The notes beneath the pieces are model-generated. The model searched no databases. It had not been told where the DNA came from and saw only the letters and a list, made by a program, of their open reading frames with translations. Both the position numbers and the translations under genes were made by a program. A DNA stretch of 59,055 bases from an uncultured Terricaulis sp. (lineage in GTDB: Bacteria > Pseudomonadota > Alphaproteobacteria > Caulobacterales > Aquidulcibacteraceae). Where the stretch lies: assembly GCA_964635925.1 (NCBI GenBank), contig CAZWQS010000001.1, positions 1-59,055 on the forward strand, written 5' to 3'. Of the stretch, positions 9,991-22,329 are shown piece by piece. How positions within the stretch are numbered: position 1 is the stretch's first letter; each line of letters opens with the position of its first letter.

Positions 9991-10017
9991 CCATCTTTCA
10001 CCTTAAGTCAGCCCGTT

Positions 10018-11544
10018 GTGAGCGCCGCTTTGCCTGATTCAACGCCGTCTTCCACCACCGCCCCGAAGCCGCCGGAGCGGATTTCCAGCATCGTCGGCGC
10101 CCGTATCGGCGGGCTGGCGGGCGGGTATGAGATCCCGGTCATCAACCCCGCGACGGAGGCGCAAATCTCCACGCTGCGCGAGGATGGGCCTGAGGAGGTG
10201 GACGCCGCCGTGCGCGCCGCGCGCGCCGCGTTCGACAACACGAACTGGCCCAAGCTCGAACTCGGCGAGCGCAAGGCGATCATGCGCCGTGCGCTCGATC
10301 ATGTGCGCGCTCACGCCGATGAGCTGGCGTATCTCGATTGCCTGGATACAGGCGTTCCGCTTTGGGATATTCGCGGCCGCAAGATCAACCGCGTGCTGGA
10401 GAATTTCGATTTCTTCCTCGAGGTGGCGAGCACCGCGGCGGGGCAGACGTTTCAGCAAAATCCCAAATACATCACCTATGTGACGCATGAGCCCGTGGGC
10501 GTTGCGGCGATTCTCGCGCCGTGGAATTCGCCGATGTCGCTGGCCAGCATGCAGATCGCGCCAGCGCTAGCGTTCGGCAACACGGTCGTCGTGAAGCCCT
10601 CCGAGCACACGCCGATTTCGCTCTACCGCTTGGTGCAATTGCTGATCGAGGGCGGCATCCCCGAAGGCGTGATCAACCTGGTCAATGGGCGCGGCCCGGT
10701 GACGGGGGCGGCGCTGGTTGAGCATGCCGGCGTCGACTTGGTGAAATTCATTGGCGGCACGGAAACGGGGCGCGCCATCATGGCGAGCGCCGCCAAAGGT
10801 TTGAAAAAGGTCGGCCTCGAACTGGGCGGCAAATCGGCGAACATCATTTTCGCCGACGCCGACCCCGAAGACTCGCTCAATGGCGCGCTACTGAGCATTT
10901 ACACCAACAATGGCCAGCAATGCCTGGCCGGTTCGCGTATCCTCGTGCAGCGCGCGATCGCGGATGAGTTCATCGCGCGCTTCGTTGAGCGGGTGACGAA
11001 AATTCGCGTCGGCGATCCGCTCAATCCGAAGACGGAAATCGGCCCGTTGGCGTTTAAGCAACATTATGAACGCGTGTTGTCTTACGTTGATATCGCCACG
11101 TCGCAGGGCGCCAAGCTGCTCGTCGGCGGGGCGCGTGCGCCCGGCTTTGAGAAGGGCAATTATTTCTTGCCGACCGCGGTGCTGGCGCCGAGCAACAACA
11201 CACGCGTGTGCCAAGAGGAAATCTTCGGGCCGTTCGCCACGTTCCTCGTGTTCGACGACGTGGAGGATGCCATCCGCATCGCCAATGAGTCCAAGTTCGG
11301 GCTTGTCGGTTATGTGTGGACGCAAAATCTTGATACGGCGATGCGCGTCAGCCAGGGCGTGCGCACCGGCACGATGTGGGTCAACACGCCCCTGGTGCGT
11401 GAGGTGCGCGCGCCGTTTGGCGGCTTCAAGGAAAGTGGCGTGGGCCGCGACAGCGCCGCGGGCAGTATCGAGTTCTACACCGAAGAAAAAACCACTACGA
11501 TCCCGATCGAAAAGCTCACGCTGCGCAAGATCGGCGCGGGCTGA
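10018..11544 (+). CDS. NAD-dependent aldehyde dehydrogenase (hydroxymuconic-semialdehyde dehydrogenase-like)
   Basis: PWN, KPSE, LELGGKS, NNGQQCLAGSR, EEIFGP, PFGGFKESG. Confidence 0.9.
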   Translation: MSAALPDSTPSSTTAPKPPERISSIVGARIGGLAGGYEIPVINPATEAQISTLREDGPEEVDAAVRAARAAFDNTNWPKLELGERKAIMRRALDHVRAHADELAYLDCLDTGVPLWDIRGRKINRVLENFDFFLEVASTAAGQTFQQNPKYITYVTHEPVGVAAILAPWNSPMSLASMQIAPALAFGNTVVVKPSEHTPISLYRLVQLLIEGGIPEGVINLVNGRGPVTGAALVEHAGVDLVKFIGGTETGRAIMASAAKGLKKVGLELGGKSANIIFADADPEDSLNGALLSIYTNNGQQCLAGSRILVQRAIADEFIARFVERVTKIRVGDPLNPKTEIGPLAFKQHYERVLSYVDIATSQGAKLLVGGARAPGFEKGNYFLPTAVLAPSNNTRVCQEEIFGPFATFLVFDDVEDAIRIANESKFGLVGYVWTQNLDTAMRVSQGVRTGTMWVNTPLVREVRAPFGGFKESGVGRDSAAGSIEFYTEEKTTTIPIEKLTLRKIGAG

Positions 11545-11546
11545 TC

Positions 11547-12698
11547 GTGAGCGCGCCCATCGTCGTGATTGGCGCGGGCCCGGTGGGGCTGTGCCTCGCG
11601 TTGCGTATCGCGCAAAGCGGCGCGGCGGTTTTGGTTCTGGAAAAGCGCGCGGGGCTGAGCAAAGCCTCCAAGGCGTCCACTTTCCATCCGCCGACGCTGG
11701 AGATCCTCAACGCGCTCGGCGTTTGGGATGAGAGCGGGCGCCAAGGGCAGGTGGTGTCGCGCGTGCAGTTCCGCGATAGCGCCGAAGGGGTCGCCGCGGA
11801 GTTCGATCTCGCACTTTTGGCCGATGAAACGCCGTTTCCGTTCCGTCTGCATCTTGAGCAGGCCGGGCTCACCCCGATCCTGCTGGCGGCGCTGGAGCGC
11901 CACCCCCTCGCGCATGTGCGCTTTGGCGCGGAGGCGGCGGGGCTGACTCAGCACGCAGATGGCGTTCAGGTGCGCCTTGCGAGCGGCGAAGTGGTGGAGG
12001 CGGCCTTGGTTGTGGGCGCCGACGGGGCGCATAGCGCGGTGCGAAGCTGGATCGGCGCGGCGTTCGAGGGGGCTGACTATCCCAGCCGCGTGCTGCGCTT
12101 GATGACGCGTGCGCCGCTCGATGCGCTTTGTCCCGGCGCGGCGCCGCTCACCTATCTCTTCAGCGGCGCGGAATCGTGCAGCTTTCTAAAGATGAGCGAT
12201 TGCTGGCGCATCATTTTGCGCGCGCCGGCGGCGCTGAGCGATGCGGTGGTGCTCTCACGCGATTGGTGGGGCAAGATGCTGCCGCTGTTTTTCGATTGCC
12301 CGCTGGAGCGGTTGGAGCCGATCGAGGCGGATGTATTCACGGTCGGCAAGCGGGTGGCGCAGCGCTATTACGATGGGCGCGTGTTCATCGTCGGCGATGC
12401 TGCGCACATCACCAACACGCGCGGCGGCATGAACATGAATTGCGGCGTCCACGACGCCTGGGCGCTCGGCGCGCGGCTCGCACGCGTTTGGCGCGGCGAG
12501 GCGGAGCTTGCGCTGGCGCAGGCGTGCGCCGATGCGCGCCGCACGGTCGCGATCGATCAGCTCATTCCGCGCACAGATCGCAGCGTGATCGGCGGCGGCG
12601 CCTGGCTTGAGCAAGTGCGTGCGCTCGCGGCGGACGAGGCGGCCTCGCGCGCCTATCTGCTGGAAACATCCATGCTGGACATGGCTGAGCGCCCTTAG
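11547..12698 (+). CDS. Class A FAD-dependent monooxygenase (paralog of 6201-7370)
   Basis: GAGPVG, ASKASTFHPPTLE, VGADGAHS, GDAAHITNTRGGMNMNCGVHDA. Confidence 0.88.
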   Translation: MSAPIVVIGAGPVGLCLALRIAQSGAAVLVLEKRAGLSKASKASTFHPPTLEILNALGVWDESGRQGQVVSRVQFRDSAEGVAAEFDLALLADETPFPFRLHLEQAGLTPILLAALERHPLAHVRFGAEAAGLTQHADGVQVRLASGEVVEAALVVGADGAHSAVRSWIGAAFEGADYPSRVLRLMTRAPLDALCPGAAPLTYLFSGAESCSFLKMSDCWRIILRAPAALSDAVVLSRDWWGKMLPLFFDCPLERLEPIEADVFTVGKRVAQRYYDGRVFIVGDAAHITNTRGGMNMNCGVHDAWALGARLARVWRGEAELALAQACADARRTVAIDQLIPRTDRSVIGGGAWLEQVRALAADEAASRAYLLETSMLDMAERP

Positions 12699-12714
12699 GC
12701 GCTCAGTTGCTTGT

Positions 12715-13686
12715 TCAGTCCACCGGCGCCTTGAACACGGCACCGTACTTTTCCTCGAAACCCTCTGTCGAGAGGAAACGGGTTTCCAGCGCGCGCAGCG
12801 TGGGGTAGTCCATCAGCGCCATGATATCATCGATGCCCACGAGGAGATCGGGGCGATCGGCGGTACCGCCAGCGGCGACGGTGTCTTTGAGGATCGAGAG
12901 CGCGGTCTGCATCGCCATGATGGCCGCGGCCGGCAGCATGCGCGGCAGCGTCACCCGTTTGACGCCGATCGCCTTGAGGCGCGCGAACGGGATGAGCGGC
13001 GTGGTCGGGCGCGAGCGGATGCCGAAGCCCATATTAACCGACACCGGGATCGGCACGGAATCGACCAGGCGCTTAATGTCGTCTTCCGAGTGGATCGCGT
13101 CGGCGAACACGAGGTCGGCGCCCGCGGCGGCGTAAACGCGCGCACGGCGGATCGCCCCTTCGATGCCCTCCACGGCGATGGCGTCGGTGCGGGCCAAGAC
13201 GACGAACTTGTCGTCGCGGCGCGCATTGCAAGCGGCTTCGACTTTGTTGGCCATCTCGGCCACGTCGATCACGGCCTTGCCTTGCATGTGGCCGCAGCGT
13301 TTGGGGCTCACCTGATCTTCGATATTGACGCCAACCACGCCCGCTTCCTCGAAATAGCGGACGGTGTGATGCACCGAGACGGGGTTGCCGTAGCCCGTAT
13401 CGGCGTCGGCCATCAGCGGAATCGAAAGGCTGCGCGCGATGTGATAGCAGGCGTTCACGTTGTCGCTCATGCCCATCACGCCGGCGTCGGGCTGGCCGAA
13501 CAGGGTGTTGGAGAGGCCCGCCCCGGTGGTGCAGGCGGTTTTGAAGCCGGCGCGCTCGACCAGGCGGGCGCTGTAGCCGTCGTAGACGCCGGGTGAAATG
13601 ACGAGATCGTCCCCGGCCAGCAATTCGCGCATGCGCGCGGTTTTGGATTGGGCGGCGGGTTTGGCGGCGTCAGCGGGCTTGGTCAC
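12715..13686 (-). CDS. Isocitrate lyase/PEP mutase-family C-C lyase (2-methylisocitrate or 2,3-dimethylmalate lyase-like)
   Basis: PGVYDGYSA, DADTGYG, IEDQVSPKRCGH, ARTDA. Confidence 0.9.
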   Translation of the reverse strand: MTKPADAAKPAAQSKTARMRELLAGDDLVISPGVYDGYSARLVERAGFKTACTTGAGLSNTLFGQPDAGVMGMSDNVNACYHIARSLSIPLMADADTGYGNPVSVHHTVRYFEEAGVVGVNIEDQVSPKRCGHMQGKAVIDVAEMANKVEAACNARRDDKFVVLARTDAIAVEGIEGAIRRARVYAAAGADLVFADAIHSEDDIKRLVDSVPIPVSVNMGFGIRSRPTTPLIPFARLKAIGVKRVTLPRMLPAAAIMAMQTALSILKDTVAAGGTADRPDLLVGIDDIMALMDYPTLRALETRFLSTEGFEEKYGAVFKAPVD

Positions 13687-13705
13687 GAGGGCGGCTTTCT
13701 CATCT

Positions 13706-13737
13706 TAACTGTTGTCATGTTAATATGACAACAGTTA
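13706..13737. promoter_or_regulatory. Putative island operator, site 4, strongest copy (TAACTGTTGTCAT-gttaat-ATGACAACAGTTA)
   Basis: Perfect 13-bp inverted repeat with a 6-bp spacer between the divergent lyase and aconitase genes. Confidence 0.85.
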
Positions 13738-13783
13738 TATTATGTCCAGTCGGTTCGGGCGTCGAGAGGAGTAAAGCAAGGCC

Positions 13784-16480
<2,697 letters not shown>

Positions 16481-16490
16481 GGGAAAGCCT

Positions 16491-17855
16491 GTGAAGCTCG
16501 ATCTGTTTTTAAAAAATGGTTTGCTGGTTCATCCCGATCAGGGCGTGACGGCGGGCTCGCTTGGCGTGAAAGACGGGAAGATCGCGGTGCTGTGCGACCC
16601 CGGCGAACGCTTCGACGCGGCCGAGGAGATTGATTGCGGCGGGCGATGGATCATGCCGGGCGTGATCGATCCCCACGTGCATTTCGGCTTCGGCAGCCCG
16701 GAAACGGATTTCTTTACCGAGTCGCGCTCGGCTGCGCTCGGCGGCGCCACCTTCGTGATTTCGTTCTACCGCACCAAGGATTTCCGCGATGGCTTCGACG
16801 GCCAACGCGAGAAGGCCGAGGGCCAATCGCTGATCGATTTTGGCTTTCACCTCGGCCTGACGAGCGATCTGCACGTGAAAACGCTGGCGGAATGCTATAA
16901 GCGTTTCGGCGTCAGCTCTTACAAAATGTACCTGATGTATAAGGGCGCGGCGGGCCTTTCCAAAGGTTTCACCGAGATCGATGACGGTCTGCTCTACGCC
17001 GCCATGCGCGAAACGGCGAGACTTCCCGGTGCGGTGCTTGGCGTGCATTGTGAGAACGTGGAAGTGATCCCGTACCTGCGCGAACCGCTGCGGGCCGAAG
17101 GGCGCAGCGATCTCGGCGCGTGGGACGATCAAAGCCCCGATTTTCTCGAAGCCGAAAACGTGCATCGCACCTGCTATTTCGCGGCCAAGACCAATTGCCC
17201 GGTGAACATTGTTCACCTGTCCAGCCGCGAGGCGCTGGACGAGGTGCGCCGTCATCGCACCTACCGCAAGGCGCAGATCGCGGTCGAGACGGGGCCGCAC
17301 TATCTTCACCTCACGCGCGACGCCAAAAGCGGCGTGCTCGCTAAAGTCAATCCGCCGCTGCGTAGGCAGGATGATGTTGATGCGATGTGGGAAGGCGTAC
17401 TCGACGGCGCGGTGACCACGATCGCCTCCGATCACGTGCCGCGCAAGCGCGCCACAAAGCAGGAAATCTGGAGCTCCACCAACGGATTTCCCGGCGTGGG
17501 TATGATTCTACCGGTGATGATCCATGCCGGCTATCACGAGCGCGGCGTGCCGATCGAACGCCTCTCGGCGGTGATGAGCAAGAACGCGGCGAAGGCGTAC
17601 AACACGCCGTCCAAAGGCGGGCTGATGATCGGTCAAGACGCAGACATCGCGATCGTCGATCCTGGTTTGGAGCGTAAAGTGGATGCGGCCAATCTGGGTT
17701 CATTCGCGGACTACTCGCCCTGGGAAGGGGAAACGTTGCGTGGCTGGCCGGTGATGACGATCGCGCGCGGACGAATTGTAGCCAAAGACGGAGCATTGAC
17801 GCCGCAAGCCGCCGAAGGCGCGGGCGGGCGTTACCTCGCGCGGCTGCCGGCATAA
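16491..17855 (+). CDS. Cyclic amidohydrolase (hydantoinase/allantoinase/dihydroorotase family)
   Basis: PGVIDPHVH, SYKMY, VHCEN, IVHLSS, KVNPPLR, IASDH; GTG start after GAGGG. Confidence 0.9.
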   Translation: MKLDLFLKNGLLVHPDQGVTAGSLGVKDGKIAVLCDPGERFDAAEEIDCGGRWIMPGVIDPHVHFGFGSPETDFFTESRSAALGGATFVISFYRTKDFRDGFDGQREKAEGQSLIDFGFHLGLTSDLHVKTLAECYKRFGVSSYKMYLMYKGAAGLSKGFTEIDDGLLYAAMRETARLPGAVLGVHCENVEVIPYLREPLRAEGRSDLGAWDDQSPDFLEAENVHRTCYFAAKTNCPVNIVHLSSREALDEVRRHRTYRKAQIAVETGPHYLHLTRDAKSGVLAKVNPPLRRQDDVDAMWEGVLDGAVTTIASDHVPRKRATKQEIWSSTNGFPGVGMILPVMIHAGYHERGVPIERLSAVMSKNAAKAYNTPSKGGLMIGQDADIAIVDPGLERKVDAANLGSFADYSPWEGETLRGWPVMTIARGRIVAKDGALTPQAAEGAGGRYLARLPA

Positions 17856-17868
17856 AGAAAGGAACGCA

Positions 17869-18591
17869 ATGACGACGCGGATTTGGGACAAATTTCTCAC
17901 CGACCAAGACAAGCAGGTCTACGCCAAGGCAGGCTATGGCAAACGCGGCGGCTTCGGCACCCGCCCGGCGCTTTTCATCATCGATGTGCAATACAATTTT
18001 TGCGGGGATGAGCCGGGCCAATCGGTCATCGAGGGGCTTGATCAGTATCGCACCCATTGCGGAGAAGCGGGTTGGAAGGCGGTGCCGCATATCGAGCGCC
18101 TGATGAAGCTGGCGCGCGAGAAAAACATCCCGATCTTCTACACGCAAAGCGAACGCCGCCCCGACATGATCGACAGCGGCGTGCAGGTCGGCAAAAATCA
18201 TCGCGGCACGGAAAAGACCGTGCTTGCGGGTACGCATGCGACGCAAACCGTCGCCCCACTTGCCCCGCGGCCGGAAGACATGCTGATCGGCAAACGCAAG
18301 CCTTCGGCGTTTTTCGGCACGCTGTTCATGAGCCACCTCAATTTTCTCGACGTGGACACGCTCATCATGACGGGTTGCACCAGTTCGGGCTGCTTGCGCG
18401 CATCGACCGTCGATGCCTATTCGTACAATTTCAAAGTGGTAATCCCGGAGGAGACCGCGTTCGATCGCTTCGAGGCGAGCCACGCGATCAATTTGTTCGA
18501 CCTTAATTGCAAGTATGCCGACGTGATCCCCACTGATGATGTCGCGGCCTATCTCGAAGGATTGGAGCCGCGCGCCAAGCCCGCGGGATGA
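17869..18591 (+). CDS. Isochorismatase-family cysteine hydrolase (maleamate / N-carbamoyl amidase-like)
   Basis: GFGTRPALFIIDVQ (Asp), KRKPSAFFGT (Lys), TSSGCLRAS (Cys). Confidence 0.88.
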   Translation: MTTRIWDKFLTDQDKQVYAKAGYGKRGGFGTRPALFIIDVQYNFCGDEPGQSVIEGLDQYRTHCGEAGWKAVPHIERLMKLAREKNIPIFYTQSERRPDMIDSGVQVGKNHRGTEKTVLAGTHATQTVAPLAPRPEDMLIGKRKPSAFFGTLFMSHLNFLDVDTLIMTGCTSSGCLRASTVDAYSYNFKVVIPEETAFDRFEASHAINLFDLNCKYADVIPTDDVAAYLEGLEPRAKPAG

Positions 18592-18595
18592 AAGC

Positions 18596-19588
18596 ATGGC
18601 CGATGAGGTCACACCGGTCTGGATTCTGACAGGGTTTCTCGGTAGCGGGAAAACCACGCTGCTGGCGCGCCTCATGCGTCATACGGGCATGGGCGACACC
18701 GCCGTGATCGTGAACGAGTTTGGCGCGGTGGGGCTTGATCATCACCTGGTGGCGCAAAGCGCGGAAACCAACGTGCTGCTGCTGGAATCGGGCTGTTTGT
18801 GCTGCGCGATGGGCGATGATCTGGCCGAAACGCTGACGGAGCTGTTCCACAAACGCAGCCGCGGCGAGATCCCTGAATTTCGTCGCCTTGTGATCGAGAC
18901 CACGGGGCTCGCCGATCCAGGACCGATCATTGGCACATTGCTGGCCGATCGGGTGATGACGAGCCGCTACCGGCTCACGGCGGTGTTGACTGTGGTGGAC
19001 GGCCTGCTGGGGCTTGAGCAGCTCGGCCGCCACCAGGAGCCTGCACGCCAAGTTGCATTGGCGGATCGCATCATTATCGCCAAGCGCGATCTGATGTCGG
19101 ACGCGGAGGAAGCGCGCTTGCGTCAGCGGCTGCGTGCGGACAATCCGCGCGCTGAGATACTCGCCGTCGCGCGCGGCGATGTCGCGCCCGATCAGCTTTT
19201 GTCGGCCGCCGCCGCGCCACGCGGCGACGAAGCGGGCTGGGATCCGTCATGCCATCACGCGCATGACCACGCGCATCGCCACAGCGATGGGGTGGCGACA
19301 GTGTTTGCGCCTTTTCCCAACGTGTTGCGCTGGTCGGACTATGCGGGGCTGGTGGCCTATTTGCAGCAGCGTTTCGGGGCCTCGCTGTGGCGCACAAAAG
19401 GATTGTTGCGGATCGAGGACGAGTCGCAGCCGATGGCGGTGCAGGGCGTGCAGCATCTGTTCGCCCCGCCAACTCCGATCGAGCGCGCCGAGAACGCACG
19501 CCTTGGGCTTGTGCTGATCGGCGAAGGTCTGGGCGAGCCAGAAGCGCTGATCGCCGCGCTTGCGCCCTACGGCGCCTCGACCGCTTGA
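18596..19588 (+). CDS. COG0523/CobW-family G3E GTPase metallochaperone
   Basis: GFLGSGKTT, NEFG, GCLCC, IETTGLADP, His-rich HHAHDHAHRH, VQGVQH. Confidence 0.92.
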   Translation: MADEVTPVWILTGFLGSGKTTLLARLMRHTGMGDTAVIVNEFGAVGLDHHLVAQSAETNVLLLESGCLCCAMGDDLAETLTELFHKRSRGEIPEFRRLVIETTGLADPGPIIGTLLADRVMTSRYRLTAVLTVVDGLLGLEQLGRHQEPARQVALADRIIIAKRDLMSDAEEARLRQRLRADNPRAEILAVARGDVAPDQLLSAAAAPRGDEAGWDPSCHHAHDHAHRHSDGVATVFAPFPNVLRWSDYAGLVAYLQQRFGASLWRTKGLLRIEDESQPMAVQGVQHLFAPPTPIERAENARLGLVLIGEGLGEPEALIAALAPYGASTA

Positions 19589-20826
19589 GCGGGCGGTGTT
19601 TCCAGCATCACGGCGAATTCGCGCCGGCGGGCATAAGCCCAGACGCACGCGATCACGCACAACAACCCGCCGGTGATGAAGGCGCCCTGCAGCCCGATTA
19701 ACTCCCCGCCAACGCCCATGAAGAAGGCGCCTAGATCGGGGCCGCCGCGCGTGATGATGAACCAAAGGCTCATGATGCGGCCGCGCACGCCGTCCTCCAC
19801 GCTGGTTTGCACGAGCGTTTGCGCGGAGGTGGCGAATACGGCGGTGAAGAAGCCTGCGCCAGCGAAGAGGGCGCAGCCGGCCAGGAAATGGGTCACGCTT
19901 ACAAACGCGATGATGCACAGCGAATAGATCAAGCCGCCCACGAGCACGAATTTGGTGAGCCCCTTCACGTCGCGCCCCGCCATCCAGAACCCACCCAGCA
20001 AGCTGCCCGCCGCGATACTGGAAGTGAGGATCGCAACGCCCTCGACGCCGCGATTGAAGACATTGGTCGCCAGCGCAGGCAGGAAGTCCGAGATGGGCCG
20101 GGCGAACACCACGACGATGATCATCAGCAGAAAAAGCATCAGCGGCCCCTGGTGCGTGCGCAGGTAGCTGAAGCTGCCGCCTATGTGCTCCAAAAAGCCG
20201 CTCTCGTTTTTCTCGTGCGCGGAAGGCTTCATCGCGCCTTCCGGCAGCTTGAGCGAGAGGATCGCCGCCGTGAAGACCAAATAGCTGAAGGCGTTGATCA
20301 GGAAGGCTGGGCCAACCCCGCCATAGGCGATCACCACGCCCGCCACAGCGGGGCCGACAAAGCGCGCGGTGTTGAACACCATCGAGCCGAAGCTGACGGC
20401 CGGGCCGATCATGCCGGGGCCGACGAGGTTGGGGATCAGCGCCATGCGCGCGGGTTGGGATAGCGCAACGAACGTGGCCAGCAGAACCTTGAAGGCGATC
20501 AGCATCCAGATGTTGAGCGCGTTGAGCGCGAACAGTGCAAACAGCGCCATTGAGAGCAGGAAGCACATCACCTGCGAGGCGATCGTCAGCCGCAGTCGGT
20601 CGATGCGATCCGCCAGGACGCCGCCGATCAGTCCGGCAAACAGCGTGGGCGCAAGCCCAGCGGTGGCGACGACGCCCAGCCAGAACGGCGAGCGCGTCAT
20701 CTCCCAAGCGAGCCACGCGAAGGCGATGCCGTGAATCCACGTGCCGGTAAGCGAAACCGCGTTCCCGGCCGAATAGATAGCGTAGTTCCGGTTTGATAAG
20801 AGCGCGCGCAGCGCTGCCAGGCGCAA
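19567..20826 (-). CDS. MFS transporter
   Basis: Multiple hydrophobic segments, motif A GGVLADRIDR, NTARFVGPAVAG, RGRIMS. Confidence 0.88.
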   Translation of the reverse strand: MRLAALRALLSNRNYAIYSAGNAVSLTGTWIHGIAFAWLAWEMTRSPFWLGVVATAGLAPTLFAGLIGGVLADRIDRLRLTIASQVMCFLLSMALFALFALNALNIWMLIAFKVLLATFVALSQPARMALIPNLVGPGMIGPAVSFGSMVFNTARFVGPAVAGVVIAYGGVGPAFLINAFSYLVFTAAILSLKLPEGAMKPSAHEKNESGFLEHIGGSFSYLRTHQGPLMLFLLMIIVVVFARPISDFLPALATNVFNRGVEGVAILTSSIAAGSLLGGFWMAGRDVKGLTKFVLVGGLIYSLCIIAFVSVTHFLAGCALFAGAGFFTAVFATSAQTLVQTSVEDGVRGRIMSLWFIITRGGPDLGAFFMGVGGELIGLQGAFITGGLLCVIACVWAYARRREFAVMLETPPAQAVEAP

Positions 20827-20834
20827 GGCGGCGG

Positions 20835-21974
20835 TTATGCTCCGTCTTTACGCGGCTTCGTCGTCGGCACGGCCTTGTGCACCCAATTTTTCGGATCGGC
20901 GCGCCGCTCGGGCGAGGGGATGACAAAAACCTCGTGGTCCGCTTCTCGCTCCACGATCGCGGAATCGATTTCCCAGCCAGCCTCAATGCGGCGCTGGATG
21001 ATTTCGCGAAACGCGCCTTCGAGTTGATCGGCCTCGGTCAGCAATTCCTGGCCGGGGCGGCGGGGCGGCAGTTTCGGCAACACGGTTTTCACGATGCCCA
21101 CATCCTCGCGCACCGCTTGGCGGCGCCCTTCGATTCGCTCAACGTCCGCTTCCGGCGTCATGTCATAGTCGCGCACCTGTGTGGTGAACGTCCGCGTGGT
21201 GTAGCGGTCGATCGGCGTGCGATGGGAAAGCGTGCGTTGACGCAGACCGTCGGCGCGATCGATGACGATGCGGTGGGTGATGCCCGTGAAGCAGAACGCG
21301 GTCGTCGCGCGCGTTTTGCCGCGGACCTCGGCCGTCAGTTCGCGCATGCGCCCGGTTTTCTGTGAACGGTCCGGCGGGGTGCGCTCACGCGTGGTGCTGG
21401 CCGTCCACTCAGTTTTTTCGATCGGCACGATCTGCACTTTGGGGTCGCGTTTCGAGCCGAAAGACGAGTGCACGAAGCTAGGGTGTGCGCCATCGATCGA
21501 GTTCTCTTCCGCGCGCGCCCAATTGATTGGTGCTTCGTATTGGAGGGGAATGCGCCGCCAGTTCGCTTCGTCGAAATATTCCGGGAACCAGGAATCGTCG
21601 AGGAAGGGTGGGCGTTCTTCTTCCGGCGCGTCGCCAAGGAAAACCCAAACCCAACCGAATTTCTCGGCGGTCGGGTAGGAATCCACACGCGCGCGCTTGG
21701 GCGGCGCCACGTCCTTGCCGAGTGCCGGGATGTAGACGCATTGGCCCGCCGTGTTGAACTGCCAGCCGTGATACGGGCAGGCGACGCAATTGTCCTTCAG
21801 CGTGCCGGCCGAAAGCGCCGCGCCGCGATGGCAGCAAACGTCGCTGAGGCAAACGACCTTGCCCTCGACATCGCGAAACAGCACGAAATTTGCGCCCAGC
21901 ATGCGCACCTGTTTCGGCGTTTCCTTGGTGATTTCTTCGACCGCGGCGGCGACGTACCAATTGTTCAGAAACAT
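20835..21974 (-). CDS. Rieske non-heme iron oxygenase, alpha-only (VanA/demethylase-like) type
   Basis: NNWYVAA, Rieske CCH...CPYHG, mononuclear Fe motif ENSIDGAHPSFVH, distal ED. Confidence 0.9.
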   Translation of the reverse strand: MFLNNWYVAAAVEEITKETPKQVRMLGANFVLFRDVEGKVVCLSDVCCHRGAALSAGTLKDNCVACPYHGWQFNTAGQCVYIPALGKDVAPPKRARVDSYPTAEKFGWVWVFLGDAPEEERPPFLDDSWFPEYFDEANWRRIPLQYEAPINWARAEENSIDGAHPSFVHSSFGSKRDPKVQIVPIEKTEWTASTTRERTPPDRSQKTGRMRELTAEVRGKTRATTAFCFTGITHRIVIDRADGLRQRTLSHRTPIDRYTTRTFTTQVRDYDMTPEADVERIEGRRQAVREDVGIVKTVLPKLPPRRPGQELLTEADQLEGAFREIIQRRIEAGWEIDSAIVEREADHEVFVIPSPERRADPKNWVHKAVPTTKPRKDGA

Positions 21975-21987
21975 GCGTTCTTGCCCA

Positions 21988-22329
21988 CTAAGAGATTTCG
22001 TTGACGATGGCCGCGTAGCTCGCTTGATCCGCTCCCGAGGGAAACGTGTCGTGCATCACACGCAAAATACGGCGGATATAGGCTTTGCGCCATGCCTCGC
22101 GCGTTGCGCTGACAGCGGCCGGCGGGGCGTAAGCTTCAATCTCATCCGCAGTGAATAAGCCGCGCTCGGCGGCCAATTGTTCGATCGTATCGATGCGCTC
22201 TCGCATCACCGCAAGCTCGCCCGCGACAGCCATGACAATCGAGAGCACACGTTCGGCATGGGGTTCACCCAAATTGTCGGGGATGTTGCCCGTGGCGGAG
22301 CGCGGGGGCGGGGTGTTGTCCTCGCTCAT
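21988..22329 (-). CDS. Small hypothetical helical protein
   Basis: MSEDNT...LAVMRERIDTIEQL; ATGA overlap with the methyltransferase; fills the operon gap. Confidence 0.75.
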   Translation of the reverse strand: MSEDNTPPPRSATGNIPDNLGEPHAERVLSIVMAVAGELAVMRERIDTIEQLAAERGLFTADEIEAYAPPAAVSATREAWRKAYIRRILRVMHDTFPSGADQASYAAIVNEIS

